From: Heptranchias perlo
Lineage: Eukaryota
Direction of reading: 5' to 3'
DNA length: 64,000 nt
Assembly: GCF_035084215.1 (NCBI RefSeq)
Contig: NC_090344.1
Span: 47,554,001 to 47,618,000 of the forward strand
Shown here piece after piece: positions 23,706-38,700 of the stretch. A model generated the notes under the pieces. It did not search any database, was not told where the DNA came from, and was given only the letters and a program-made list of their open reading frames with translations. Position numbers and translations under genes: made by a program. How positions within the stretch are numbered: position 1 is the stretch's first letter; each line of letters begins with the position of its first letter.

Positions 23706-23797
23706 ATGGCTCAGAGCAGCGGCCCGCTCCGCACCGCCATCGCCAGCCTGGGCAGGGCCTGCACCCAGCACCGCCGCTTGCACCTCACCGCCCCGAG
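23706..23797 (+). CDS. MTHFD2: MTHFD2 exon 1, mitochondrial transit peptide ([31 protein letters not shown])
   Basis: AACATGG Kozak; Arg-rich, no acidic residues; AG|GTAGGC phase-2 donor fits exon 2. Confidence 0.88.
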
Positions 23798-26700
23798 GTA
23801 GGCAATCATTCGCCATGCTTTAGGAATGAAAGATCGTGGTAAGAAAGGACAAGGGAAGTAGAGGGAGAGAACTGACCGTCCTGTGCCGGTCTCTCGCTCT
23901 TTGAAGACCCAGCGGTCTGCGATGTATTACCCGGCTTGGCTGCCGGGGGTTCCCACCCCCCCCCCCCCCCTCTTCCTCCCTCCCATGTTAATGTGGGGTG
24001 CTCGGCTCGGCTCGCCTGCCTGCCTGCCAGCGTGCGGCACTGAATGATGAAATATCTCCAGCTGCTTACGCGATTTGCGGTCCCGCTGAACATGAGGCGG
24101 CGGAGGGAAAGGCTTTTTCTAATTCATTGTCTGTCGGTAAAACTTCCCCAGAAGTGCGGGCGACGTGCAAATAAAATGCAGCCTTCCGCTATCTGATTCC
24201 GGCTCATGTTTCATTTCATTATTTTTTTTTTTGGCGGGAGGAGGGAGAGTAGACCCCACTAAATAAAAATGCGCATTATTACTAACATTCTGGGTTGTGA
24301 ATTAAATTGTTTCCTGGTTGAGGTTTTTGTTCCAAGCTCTCCGCCCCCTAATTTCGGATCATATTTATTCTTCTACTTGTCTCTGATGTTCCCAACTCTT
24401 AGTGAAATGCCGCAGCGAAGCGAGTTTGTGCTGAACTCAATGTATAATGTAAATTTAGCACGGTATCATATTTTCTGACTGGCTGGCGTCAATGTTTGAA
24501 TCACATGTCACAAGCCATTCAGCCCTTCCCACTCACTGGGTCAGTACGTTGCTTGCGCGATCGGTTGTGGATCCCAGTCAAATCTGGATCTCGGTCAGTC
24601 ATTTCCTTTCCGAATGCTCCAACAGAGTCCATTCTGGTAAAATGATACAAAAATTATATCCGTCTGGGGGTGTTTTTTTAAAATATTTTGAAAAGCCTAG
24701 AGGTTAGTGGTTGCTGTATGGTACTGAATGAAAAGCTAAGATGTATACAGCAAATAATCGCATTAGTCAGTTCCATTTGATCGCATTTCCGTTGAGAAGG
24801 CTTTTTTTAATAAAAATCTGTCTTGTAAACTGATTCCATAGGGGAGTTATTCGAAGTTTGCAATTCCTTATTTGACCATCTCCAATCGCCATTATTTTTA
24901 AGTTCATGGGATTCTTCAACGATACACGTTTAAAATAGCAGCTGTCGATACTAAATCAGGAGGTTGGACAGTTACTCTGCCTATCAGTTCTCCACCAGTT
25001 TCCAGGAATCGCTAGTTACACTGCCAGTGAGATATATTTAAGTCCAGTTAATGGCTTACTGTAAGTATCGTGACTGTTGAAATGTATAGGGAAGCGTTTT
25101 TGGTTGATGTTGAGTCAGGGAAAACGTGTTGCATATTCCGAAACCTGCCACCAACATTGTAGCTCTCCGGACAAAAAAAAATACAACTTTTGACCATTTC
25201 TTCTCCCGTGCACACACTTCACCCAGAATTGGGAATCATTTAACAACTGATATTTGGCTATCTGGTTCCTTCTCCCTCCATTTGATCATAATTAATGTAT
25301 ACAGTGCCAAAAGTAAATTGGGAGTTTGTGTCAAACTTGTTACCATTTATGCAAATATTTCCAGCATGTGTTACAACGTGCCCAGCACTGCATTTGATGT
25401 GGCTATGTCCCTTCAATATATTTAACTACTAGGAGCAACTGTTACTTTTTTTAATTTGATATTTTGTTTGAACAACGATTGCTGATAACGACATGGGGGA
25501 AAATTTGGGTTGGAGGTGTTAATGTAGCCCTATGTGTTGGGCTATTGAACGCCTCCAACTTGTGAGGAAAAGTTAAATGACAGGGTGGCTGAAGTACTCT
25601 TGCTCTGAAGTCAACCTTCATCCAGCACTCTGTAACTCTTCAACTCAACTCCCTAAATGAAGAAATCAGCACTCGTTTTTAAACTGAGATCAACGAGCCG
25701 AAGGTTAATTCCTCATCACCATTATTTAAAATAAAAGGACGGGTAAATCTCCTTTTATGATGGGCATAACACCACACAAGTTTTGTCAACTTTCTCTGTT
25801 CTGACTGGTTTGACGTGCTTTGATCTGTTGCAGTGTCTGTTCGTCTTCGCTGGACTTTCCCGTTCTAGCTCCTCCTTATTGCGCTTCCTGAAAAGCTTCA
25901 ATCCATGGTAAAAGGCACTAAAACTTAGATGCTATGCTTTTTGGAAAGTTGCTCTATTTCCCAATGTTGTGGTTTATTGAGTGGTAATCTCATTCCCATT
26001 GGACCATTCAGCCACAGAGGGCTTTATTTCCCCTTCCTTTGAATGCCCTGACTCTCTCTGAGAAATGGGTCTCATGGGTGATGGCAGCCCTCTAGTCCTT
26101 TGCCAAAGTGGCTGTTTATGCATGAGTTTGGACAGTGAGTATCTGTAGACGACGGGACACCGGCTGAGCATCAAAACCAAGTTTGACCTGGTTCTCAGCC
26201 CATGCCCACATAAGCACTTTCCAATAGGCTCATTGGATAGAGATCAGGAGCAGGAATCCAAGCCAACCCTCCCCTTCTCTTGACCTGGTTGACTGAGGCC
26301 AATTGTAGCACCTGCCCTTATTGACATGAACTAATTTGCCACAGACTGAGAATCAGGTCTATGATCTTTATGGTTTAGTATCACACCATTCTGTTGTCGT
26401 TGTTGCTTTGATTCTATTGGGAAATATAGAAATGTAATTATCGGTGAAACAGCTTCGATGTTTCGTTGAGTTGGGCATCCTTCGATGTTGCGTTCGATTA
26501 AGGGGACATCTTCATTTACGGGGAAGGGAGTGGTGTTCGATGTGATTCTCGGTCTGTGCTGCTGATAGCAAGAGGACTGTTCATGGAGTGCCCATTTAAT
26601 ATCTGTTGTTCTTGTCAGGCAAGCAATCCGACATCCAATTTTAAATTGCCATCCTTCTGTTCCAATCCCTTCATGGCGATGCTCCTCCCGATCTCTCCAA

Positions 26701-29700
26701 CCTTCTCAAGCCCGACAAATCCACCATCCCACCAAGCTGTCTGATCCTTTTGGCTCTGGCCTCTTGTGCATTGTTCCCCCTCACCTGACCATTGGCGGTT
26801 GTGGTTTTAGCTGACTGGACCCCATGCTCGGGAAATCCCTCCCCAAACTTTCTCCATCTCACCCCCACTCTCTCCTCCTTTGACCACCGCTCTTTTCTTC
26901 TCTTTGTCNNNNNNNNNNNNNNNNNNNNNNNNNNNNNNNNNNNNNNNNNNNNNNNNNNNNNNNNNNNNNNNNNNNNNNNNNNNNNNNNNNNNNNNNNNNN
27001 NNNNNNNNNNNNNNNNNNNNNNNNNNNNNNNNNNNNNNNNNNNNNNNNNNNNNNNNNNNNNNNCCCCCCCTCTACCCCCCCCCCCTCTTCCCCCCACCCT
27101 CTTCCACCCCCCCTCTTCCCCCCCCCCTCTTCCCTCCCCCCCCTCTTCCCTTCCCCCCCCTCTTCCCCTCCCCCCCCTCTTCCCTTCCCCCCCACTTCCC
27201 TTCCCCCCCCTCTTCCCTTCCCCCCCCTCTCCCTTCCCCCCCTCTTCCCTCCCCCCCCTCTCCCTCCCCCCCCACTCCCTTCCCCCCCCCCTCTTCCCCT
27301 TCCCCCCCCCTCTCCCATCCCCCCCCCCCACTTCCCTTCCCCCCCCCTCTTCCCTTCCCCCCCCCTCTTCCCTTCCCCCCCCCTCTTCCCTTCCCCCCCC
27401 TCTCCCTTCCCCCCCCCCTCTTCCCCTCCACCCCCCCCTCTTCCCTTCCCCCCCCCCTCTCCCTTCCCCCCCCCTCTACCCTCCCCCCCCCCTCTTCCCT
27501 TCCCCCCCCCCTCTTCCCTTCCCCCCCCCCCTCTTCCCTTCCCCCCCCCCTCTTCCCTTCCCCCCCCCCCTCTTCCCTTCCCCCCCCCCTCTTCCCTCCC
27601 CCCCCCTCTTCCCTTCCCCCCCCCCTCCTTCCCCCCCCCCTCTTCCCTTCCCCCCCCCCACATCCCTTCCCCCCCCTCTTCCCTTCCCCCCCCCTCTCCC
27701 TTCCCCCCCTCTTCCCTTCCCCCCCCTCTTCCCTTCCCCCCCCTCTCCTTCCCCCCCCCTCTTCCCCTCCCCCCCCCTCTTCCCTTCCCCCCCCCTCTCC
27801 CTTCCCCCCCCCTCTTCCCTTCCCCCCCTCTTCCCTTCCCCCCCCTCTTCCTTCCCCCCCCTCTTCCCTTCCCCCCCCTCTTCCCTTCCCCCCCCCTCTC
27901 CTTCCCCCCCTCTTCCCTTCCCCCCCTCTTCCCTTCCCCCCCCTCTTCCTCCCCCCCCTCTCCCTCCCCCCCCTCTTCCCTTCCCCCCCCTCTTCCCTTC
28001 CCCCCCCTCTTCCCTTCCCCCCCCTCTTCCCTTCCCCCCCTCTTCCCTTCCCCCCCCTCTTCCCTTCCCCCCCCTCTTCCCTTCCCCCCCTCTTCCCCTT
28101 CCCCCCCCCCTCTTCCCTTCCCCCCCCTCTTCCCTTCCCCCCCCTCTTCCCTTCCCCCCCCTCTTCCCTTCCCCCCCCTCTTCCCTTCCCCCCCCTCTTC
28201 CCTTCCCCCCCCCCCTCCTTCCTTCCCCCCCCCCCTCCTCTTTCTCCCCCCCCCCCTCCTCTTTCCCCCCCCCCCTCCTCTTTCCCCCCCCCCCCCTCCT
28301 CTTTCCCCCCCCCCCCTCCTCTTTCCCCCCCCCCCCTCCTCTTTCCCCCCCCCCCTCCTCTTTCCCCCCCCCTCCTCTTCCCCCCCCCCTCCTCTTTCCC
28401 CCCCCCTCCTCTTTCCCCCCCCCCCCCTCCTCTTTCCCCCCCCCCCCCCTCCTCTTCTCTTTCCCCCCCCCCCCCCCCTCCTCTTCTCTTTTCCCCCCCC
28501 CCCCCCTCCTCTTCTCTTTTCCCCCCCCCCCCCCTCCTCTTCTCTTTCCCCCCCCCCCCCCCTCTCTTCTCTTTTCCCCCCCCCCCTCCCTCTCCTCTCT
28601 CTTCCCCCCCCCCCCCCCTCCTCTTCTCTTTCCCCCCCCCCCCCCCCTCCTCTTCTCTTTCCCCCCCCCCCCCCTCCTCTTCTCTTTCCCCCCCCCCCCC
28701 CCCTCCTCTTCTCTTTCCCCCCCCCCCCCCCCCCTCCTCTTCTCTTTCCCCCCCCCCCCCCTCCTCTTCTCTTTCCCCCCCCCCCCCCTCCTCTTCTCTT
28801 TCCCCCCCCCCCCCCCCTCCCCTCCTCTTCTCTTTCCCCCCCCCCCCCCCTCCTCTTCTCCTTTCCCCCCCCCCCCCCCTCCTCTTCTCTTTCCCCCCCC
28901 CCCCCCCCCTCCTCTTCTCTTTCCCCCCCCCCCCCCCCCCCCCCTCCTCTTCTCTTTCCCCCCCCCCCCCCCCTCCTCTTCTCTTTCCCCCCCCCCCCCC
29001 CCCCTCCTCTTCTCTTCCTCCCCCCTAATTTCTCCTTCTCTGGTTCTGTGCTTCTGTGGAGTGCTTTAGGATCTTTTTCTACATTAAAGGCAAGTTGATG
29101 TCCCCTATCTGGGGACTGAATATTAAATTGATTTTTGGAATAGGGGCTTGCTGTGCCCACTCCATGCATCGGCCTGGTATTGCAGTGCTTCCAGGAACGG
29201 TGCAGCTCCCTTTGGGGAGATTTTAAAAACAAAAAACAGATTTTTGGAGCATGTATTATTACTATAATCGGTATAGTTTATTAAAAAATAGAATTTGGTT
29301 AATGGATATAAAACAGTCAGCATAGAATTCTTGAGGCAGGCCCTAATGCATCTTGTGATGGGTGGGTGAGGGGAGATTTGGATACACATTTGAAACCGAA
29401 GAAGATGCTGGACTATGGGTAAAGAGCAGGACTGGAATTTTGGATTGCTCCAGCTAAGCGCTGATTAATGCACGATTGCTCATCTGCCAGATGCCTGTGC
29501 TTCATTCTATAAATGAATGAGGGGTGACCTAATAGAGGTCTTTTAAGGTTATGAAAAGGTGGATGTTGAGAAGATGTTTCCACCTGTGGGGAGGCCAAAA
29601 CTAGGGGCCATGAATGTATGGTGGTCACCAATAAACCCAAGAGGGAATTCAGGAGAAACTTCTTTACCCGGAGAGTACTTGCTACCACAAGGAGTGGCAC

Positions 29701-32700
29701 AGATGCATTGAAAGGGAAGCTAGAGAAACACATGAGGGAGAAAGGAATAGAAGGTTATGCTGATCGGGTTAGATGAAGTAAGGTGGGGGGAGGCTCGTGT
29801 GGAGCATAAACATCGGCACAGACCAGTTGGGTCAAATGGCCTGTTTCTGTGCTGTAGATTCTACGTAATAACAAGTGAAGTTAGGAGGGCAATGTTAAAT
29901 TTAAGGTAACACCAATATCTTGGATGTTTGCCTAAAATTCAGGCTTGGAAATCTCAATTTAAGTTGAAGGACAGCCTGAGCTGCTTGCCTTCAATTTTAA
30001 TTTGAGAACTGCTGTCCTCCCTCCCTGTCAAATTTTCTTAGCCTCTTCTTTTTTTTTAAATTTCAGAAACGAGGCGGTGGTCATCTCCGGAAGAAGGCTC
30101 GCAAGGCAGATCCGAGGAGAGGCCAAGCTTGACGTGGAACAGTGGGTCGCTGATGGAAACAGGAGACCGCATCTCAGTGTTGTCCTGGTTGGGGATAATC
30201 CAGCTAGTCATTCCTATGTGAAAAACAAAACAAAAGCTGCTGCTGATGTAGGTATGGATCTTGGTGCATTGCGTCCATTTTATCCGTACAGTAGCTGCCT
30301 GTGTTTCCTGGAGCACTAATAGCGAAAGCACTCATTTACTGAGTTCACCGTGCGTCGGTTGGATTTGAGACTTTCCTGTTCATTGTTTTCCTCACACCGT
30401 GCAGAAATCTCATCTTTTTGCCTCACTGAAAGTTGATTTTCAGGAACCGACAATTTTGCATCCGTGTGCTGCTGATTTGGAATCATCTCCCTTGTTTCCA
30501 GCAAGTCTCAAGACCGAGAAGGGGGGTTGCTCAGGAATTTGAGGAGCTAATGTCATTGACACGATCGCACGCATTGTTCCTGAAATGGACCGAATGCATT
30601 AACTTTCATGGCAAATAGTGCCAGGTAGAAAGTCATCAGCTTGCATCTTTTGAGAGGTAGAATATGTGTGTGCAACAATTGTGGCAATCACTGCAATTGA
30701 GTTTGCCTGATGCATTTGCCACTTTTTTCTGAGTCTAAGATGGAATGTTTGAGCCTTTTGGAAGCAAACTCTCAATGTGGGGTTTGGGTTGCACAAGACT
30801 TAAGAATCAAATCTTTAGACTGATGTAGTTTTTAATATGTTCCTGCAAAACTTATAAATTCAGAATAGCAGTATTTTTTTTTTTAAAAACTGAAAATCTA
30901 ACTATATGAACAAATGTGCAAATCACATTGAATTTTAAGGCGCAAAACTATTGTGGAAAAGCAGAAGAAAGTGCTTTGTTTAATGCAGGAGAGAAATGGC
31001 AATATCTAAACTTTAAAAAAAAAATTTGCAATGTGATCTGCAGTGTTTCTCGGGAGCCAGAATTCTGATGTGGCACGGGGTGAAGATGAACAAAAGTAGG
31101 GCCTGTGTTGGAAAAGGTGGTGACTGCAGATGCACATTATTTAATTATCTCTTTCCTTGGGTCGGTGTCAAATTCTGTCTGATTGTGGTTTTGTGAAGCG
31201 CCTTGGGACGTTTTTCCGACATTGAGGGAGTTATGGAAAAGCTAACTGTTCTTGTAGTGTTCCAGTAAACTGGGTTTCTGTAACATTGGGCGAAAAATAT
31301 ACTGGGTAAGAGTGATTACTGTCTGTACCAATGGTGGTTTGTCGAACAGAAACTTCCTTGAATTAATCCGAATTAAAATAAATTGGACGTTATTGAATTC
31401 ATGCTCAAAAGGACATAAATAGAAAAAAAAAGCATGAGGTGGGAAGCAAGTAGTTTTGGAAGGACAGCATTGAATTCTCTGAAAAGCTAGCTTGTTTGAT
31501 GGCGTTCTGATGCTTGAGAAACACTCGTGACTTGACAAAGCACGCTCATCTTAATAGCCAGCTGGGACTGACCAAGCTTCCTGCTTCCAAAAAGGCTTTG
31601 AGAACGATTATCGGTTAAGTAGTGGGAACTGTCACAATAGGGTATAATGAGCCGTGCTCAATGCTAAGTCGTGCATCTTGTCCAAAGGACTGCTGCTCTC
31701 GTTATTACCCCGCCCTCCCCGACCAGCTTCTGCACATAGCCAAGATTGAAGTGGGCTTAGTTTCACTAATGATCCCTTCTAAAATAGCCACTTGGCTTTC
31801 CTGAGTCAGACAGATTGAGAGGGTCACTGGTTCAATCTCCTGCTGAGTTCACTGACCGCAGCTGAGGCTATAAATAACTAGGGGCATAGAGTACAAAAGT
31901 AAGGAAGTCACGATTGCCCTTTATAAAACACTGGTTCGGCCACAGCTGGAGTATTGTGTCCCGTTCTGGGCACCGCACTTCAGGAAAGATGCGAAGACCT
32001 TAGAGAGGGTGCAGAAGGGATTTACTAGAATGGTTCCAGGGATGAGGGACTTCAGTTATGTGGATAGACTGGAGAAGCTGGTGGTGTTCTCCTTGAAACA
32101 GAGACGGTTGCGAGGAGATTTCATAGAGGTACTCAAAATCATGAAGGGTCTAGACAGAGTGGATAGAGAGAAACTTATTATTGGTGGAGGGGTCAAGAAC
32201 CAGGGGGCATAGATTTCAGGTGATTAGCAAAAGAACCAAAGGTGACATGAGGAAAAACATTTTTACACAGCGAGTGGTCATGATCTGGAATGCACTGCCC
32301 GAGGGGGTGCTGGAGGCAGATTCAATTGTGGCCTTCAAAAGGGAACTGGGTAAGTCCTTGAAAGTGAAAAAATTGCAGGGCTAAGGGGATGGGGCGGGGG
32401 AGTGGGACGAGCTGGATTGCTCTTGCATCGAGCCGACGTGGACTCGATGGGCCAAATGGCCTCCTTCCGAGCTGCAACCTTTCTATGATCAGGTGATGTT
32501 CCTGAGTGAGGGAGGGGAAAAAAATCGGCAGCTTACGACGGCTGTCGAGTGAATGACTTTGTGGATCTCTGTGGATTTGGAGCGAGGAAAGCGCCCCTAC
32601 AGCCAGTGCTCGCTGTGAAGACGTGCACTCCAATAGTAGGCAGAAGGAGCAAGACGAGGAAGCAAAAACTTGGATTGTCTAGGGTGGGTGGAAATCTATA

Positions 32701-35700
32701 AATCATAGTGTTATGGTGACTTTGGGTTGGTCTGGTGATAGCACCATTGTGTGGAAAATGTTTTTCCGTACTTTAAATAAAACTTTTACCATTGTACAAG
32801 TAGATGTCTTTGCCCTGGGGATCCCAGTGATATTTCAAAAAGGGAAAGAACAGTTTATCCAAATTCAGATAATTGTATCTCCTTAATATCCTCCAATCCC
32901 CTCGGGACTGACTGCTCCTCTGGAGCCACTTTTTTCTTCGAGCATTGAAATTGGTCCCTCTCTCCAAATCCTTTTACATTCTGGCTTGGTACAGTGGGTT
33001 TCATTGAGGAGAAAAGCCAAAATGCCAATTGCTGTGTTTCTCTTCATTTTCACCAAGTCTGCTGCCTGTCTCCTGCAGGCTGATTGGATCTGCAGATGAG
33101 GCACTTCCTCTGGCAGATCCAGAGTGTCATTTTTTTTTTAAAAAGGGGTCTGAACTGCTGTTGGAACAAGATGGGTCGGGCATTTTAAACTGGGCAGTGC
33201 CATTGACTGTGCGCGCCCCGAGCCAGTGACACCATAAGGCCAGTTGTCACACAGAAATCTGGATCCTCGACCCAGCAGGTATCAGCAGTGAGTGAACGAA
33301 CTAGCTTTCGATTAAATCACAATTGAGGGCGACCAACGGACAATAGTGGATGTTAGAACAGGCAGGAAAAATCATTGACTGCGCGATTGGAGCCGCTCTT
33401 GACTGAAAAGCATTCGAATCTTTCTTAGCAATGATTGTTCTTTGATTTGTTGAGCAGGTATTACAAGTGAGACCATTCTGAAGCCAGCCAGCATCACTGA
33501 GGAGGAGTTGCTGGAGCTGATTTCCAAGCTCAACACTGATAATAAAGTCGATGGGTTGCTCGTGCAGCTGCCTTTACCTGGTAAGAGAACGTGACACACC
33601 TAGAGCTCTCGTGTTAACCCTGCCACACTCTATATTTACTTGAAAAAAAGACGTTCAGTGTTGTTGGGAGTTGAGTGTATGGTATACAACTCAATTGCTA
33701 GGCTGAGTATCTGGAAAATTCAGCTACCACAGTAAGAGTATTCCATTTAAAAACGGTTAAATGAATAATGGATTTTCCCAAGTAATTTTATTCACTTAAC
33801 CATTCTATTCTTTTATCCGTTTTAACTGTTGGATCAAGTTACAATGGGATGTAAACTGGATTTCACTGTTATGGACAGCCAAGTGTATTTATCATTTGCT
33901 TCATTACAATGTACACATTAGAGTGCAGCACAAAAAAAGGTCCTTTTAAAGAAGATTTTAAGAGCCAATTAATCATATCTAGAGGTGGTGTTTCCATTAT
34001 TCAGAGACAGAGTTTCTGTACTGCTGAAATATGGGTAAGTTTTCAGCATCACAAACCTTGAGCATTTGCATCTTGTGAGGAGGTTTTCACACCGAGCCAA
34101 AAGCAGTTGTCACATTGATTGGCAAAAGTGCTTGAGCCTGAGCACCCGATGAGATGAAAGACTCTGAAACATCACTGACTTGCTTACTAGGCAATTTCCG
34201 CACCTGGATGAAAACACTTGTAAAAAGGGAGTAAATGTTTTATTCTTATCAGTTCCTTTTTAAGTGGGCTCGATTGTAGTAGTGCACAGCTGCAAACGGA
34301 CTCTGTTCCATCGCTTATTAAATGCTGGTTAAACACGTCGCGTGTCAAGTAACGTAACCAAAGAAGTTTACGACACAGCAGGAGGCCATTCAGCCTGCAG
34401 TGTATATGCAGGCTCTTGAGAGCAATCCGAAACTAACTCCGCTGCCCCGATTTTTTTTTTTTTTTTTTTTTTCCCCCACAGCCCTGTATCTTCCCCTTGC
34501 ACTTTCTCTTCGTCGCTGCCACAATTGCATTATCTCCCAACATTCACACTTTCAAGGAATTATGTATTTGAGCCCCTTCGTGGGGAGTCTCTCTTTATCG
34601 AGATCTTTCCATTAAGTGTACCCTCTCATTACGTGTGTTTCCTCCCAAAATGCCCTTCTGTGCTTTAAATTACATTTGTCACCCGTTTGTGCTTTAGTGA
34701 CGTTTGCTGTTTGCCACATCCTTTTGTGTCGTCAGCAAATTTTGACATTATACCCAAATCCATGTCGTGCATAGGTCAAGAACAAACGTGACATGAAGAG
34801 ATCTTCAGCAGCTCGAGAGTTTGTCAAACTTGCAAAATGCTGCTTTCTCTTTCCGTGCATATTCTGAAGTAGTAATGTGTTTTAAGGCTCTGAAAATGGC
34901 TGTAAGCAGCTGAACAGAAGCAACCCAGAGTGATTCTGCTCCTGACTTGTTTCCATGTTGCCCGTAGGAATATAGAAAGTCGGGGGGGGATTAAAAAGTC
35001 ATGTGCTGAGATCCACAAGACCAAATTAGGGCCAGGAACACTTGGAGCAGAAGTTGAGAGAAAGAGAGACATTTCATTACGAAATACTCCCAAGATGAAT
35101 TTAAAGGGAAAAAACATATATTTGGCACCTGGGAGATAGAGATCTTTGACAGCACCTCCTGAACCCGCGACCTCCACCACCTAGAAGGACAAGAGCAGCA
35201 GGTACATGGGAACAACACCACCTGCACGTTCCCCTCCAAGTCACACACCATTCCGACTTGGAAATATATCGCCGTTCCTTCATCGTCGCTGGGTCAAAAT
35301 CCTGGAACTCCCTTCCTAACAGCACTGTGGGAGAACCTTCACCACACGGACTGCAGCGGTTCAAGAAGGCGGCTCACCACCACCTTCTCAAGGGCAATTA
35401 GGGATGGGCAATAAATGCCGGCCTCACCAGCAACGCCCACATCCCATGAACAAATTAAAAAATATATATTATTCTCCCTTCAGAACTGCAAAGTCCAGAG
35501 AACGCACACTGTTGACTGAATGAGAAGTCTAACATGTTAAAGTTGTCAAAAGACAAGTCAAACAAAAAAGAAACTTTAAAAAAGCATTTAACTTGGCACC
35601 ATCTGCATGGAGGGTACTGAGGAACAAGCAGTATGTCCGTTGCTGACATTTAGCATGGCTGTGAGTGCCTAAAAATATTCACAGCAGACAGTGCCAGTGG

Positions 35701-38700
35701 AGCAGTTATGTTAAACATGCCATAGAAAAGGAGATACGGGGGGGGGGGGGGAAGAAGGAGGAATACTTGCTGACTCTCCTGTATGGTGATTAGATTTCCC
35801 TTTCAAATTCTAGTGAGCCACATTCACTGTTCCTCGTGTGGGCGTTCTGCCAGGGACACGGAATGCACGTGCAAATGGTTTTTAACACATGCAGCCACTG
35901 TCTTATCAGAATAGGGCCTGGAACACCCTTTATACTGGATGGTGTCTTTTTTTTTCTTGTGCCTTGGTAGTTCAGTGTCATGTTCCAATGTGTCTCCTGA
36001 AGCCTGTGATCAGATCTGCCTTGTGTTTGCTCCTTGGGGCTCCATTCTGTAAATGGAGTGGGGAAACCTTATCAACGAAGGCAAGTGCACAGTGCATGAA
36101 AGAATTTTTTAATATTGATATTAAAATTACATAGAATTTGGCCCGACAGGTGTGTGCCGGTGTTTTTGCTTCACATGATTCCCCTCCCATCCTCCTTCCG
36201 ATCAGCATATCCTTCTATTCTTTTATCCCTTGTACTTGTCTAGCTTCCATTTAAAAATCTGGTTGCCTTGGTAAACAAGGTCAATAAGCAAGGGGGAGAG
36301 AACAGGATGCCTCAGTTTTGTGCTTTGGTAAATTGGAATGTGCTTGCCTGGTTTGAATCTTAAAAAGGATTAAGATGATGTGCACTAACTTTCAAAATTG
36401 AGAATGGCCAAATGGATTGGTTCAACTCTGAATTCTTCTCCAAGAACACCTCGACGAACGCAAGATCTGTAATGCAGTGTCTCCTGGTAAAGATGTGGAC
36501 GGATTTCACGTGATCAACGTAGGCCGCATGTGCCTTGACCAGAATTCCATGCTGCCTGCGACACCCTGGGGAGTGTGGGAAATAATCCAACGGACAGGTG
36601 ATTTTAAAAAAAATAAATAAATAAAATATCTTGGCCAATAGCTTTCGCTCTACTGTGATGACCGCATACCCGAGCAAGAATGTATGTGCCTTCCTGTCTG
36701 AGAGTTTTTGAATTTATTGAGGGGGTTTGTGTTCCTGTGCCTCTTGTTTAAAGTAGGCTGAACATTCGATGCAGTACTGAGTGAGGGTGTGGGATTGTCA
36801 AGAGTTGTTGACTTTCAGACGCAACATTAAACCAAGGGCTCTCGTCTGTCTGGTTAGGTGGATTGTGCAGCATTATAAGAGTGGGGAGTTCTGTGTCTAG
36901 CCCATAAGTGATCTCTCCAGACATCAGCTGGAAGCACAATGGGGTACAAATTGATAGACTAGGGCGTGAGAGGATATATAATACTTGATGGGATATTAAA
37001 AACAATAGTTTCTGATGGGGCTAGGGCAGCAAGACAGGAGGGTACAAGTTCAAGGTGATGAAGACAAGTTTTTCACTGATGTGGGAATGTTTTATTAACA
37101 GTTGTGGTGGGTTGCCTGAAAGAGTAGCTGAGGCCAGGGCACTGGATGCATTTAAGAAACAGATTCCATAAAGGGGAGATGGGAGGGTTGGTATTCTGGA
37201 AAGATGCAATCAAATTTGGAACAGATTTTTGCGGTGATGTCTGCACTGACTGGCTTCAACAGGTTATGGCTGTAGCCAGTGGCAAAACAAAAAGCAGATG
37301 ATTGTGCTTTTGAGAGGTGTTTGGACCATCTTTAAGTTTGAACTGCAGTCAAGAATTTGGGTTGTTAGTTTTCATGAACTAACGGTAAACCATTTTTCCA
37401 TCCAGGAATCCCAACACTTGGGAAGAACGTTGTTGTTGCTGGACGGTCAAAAAACGTGGGAATGCCCATCGCTATGCTCCTGCATACAGATGGCACGCAC
37501 GAGCGGCCTGGAGGTGAGGGGTGAAAATCATGTGCAGTGAAGCATAATATTTAACAGGACTTCATTTGAAGTTCACCCTGCATAGAGTGTACAGCACAAA
37601 CAGGCCAACTGGTCTCAACTATGCTCCGCAAGAGCCTCCTCTCATCCCTCCTCATCTAACCCAATCAGAATATCTTTCTATTCCTTTCTCCCTCATGTAC
37701 TTATCTAGCTTCCCCTTAAATGCATCTATGTTATTCGCCTCAACCACTCTCTACGTCCACCCTATCAAATCCCTTCATTATCTTAAAGCCTTTATTCGGT
37801 CACCCCTTCTCTTTTTGAGAGCGAAGAGCTTCAGGCTTTTCTGATAAGGATATCCTCTCAGTTCTAGTATTATCCTTGTGAATCTTTTTTTAATTTTAAA
37901 AAAAACCTGCTTTATTTATCCCTCTTAACTGTTATTCAAAAGGAAACTTTCATGGTGAAGCTTAAGTGCCATCAGCATTTTCCGTGGCTGCTGAATCTGG
38001 GTTGGTAAAGGTTTTTCATGTGACTTCAGAAAAAAATACCCATTGGAAGTCTATTTAGCTTTTTTTATGCACTTAAGTTTTTTAAACTGTTGCAAAGATC
38101 AGCTGTAGGATTATGGTGCTGTTGCTTTTAATTTGGTACTATCCGCATTACTGGGTCTCCTACAATCTGAAACTGGTGCTTTTGTGTGTGCCATGAATTG
38201 GACTTCACAGTAAAGGGCTAACAATTGCAGCCTTATTACAGTCAGACCATGTGGACTGCCCACCACACTCTCCTCTGTCCGTTATTCAAGGTTGCACTCT
38301 GACTGATATATTCAGGCCAAGATTAAGAGTCAAAATTTTCTTTCATGTAAGATGAATACAGAGTAAGAGAGAAGCACAAAAATACAGCAGGAAACTAGCA
38401 GTTGGAGAATTGGCTTCCACAATATGTAAACATACAAACATATGCACTAAGAGCAGGAGTAGGCCATCTGGCCCCTCGAGCCTGCTCTGCCATTTGATAA
38501 GATCATGGCTGATCTGATTGTGACCTCAACCCTACTTCCCCTTCTACCTACGATAACCTTTGACTCCCTTGTTAATCAGGAATGTATCTAACTCGGCCTT
38601 AAAAATATTCAATGACCCTGCCTCCACCGCTCTCTGGGGAAGGGAGTTCCACAGACTCTCAACCCTCAGAGAAAAAATTTGTCCTCATCTCCCTCTTAAA

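Noticed and set aside
26671-29232. Long ORFs of 853, 768 and 729 aa (Gly/Arg/Glu- or Pro-rich)
   Set aside because: Translations of a C/T simple repeat spanning an N gap; open in several frames only because stops cannot occur.
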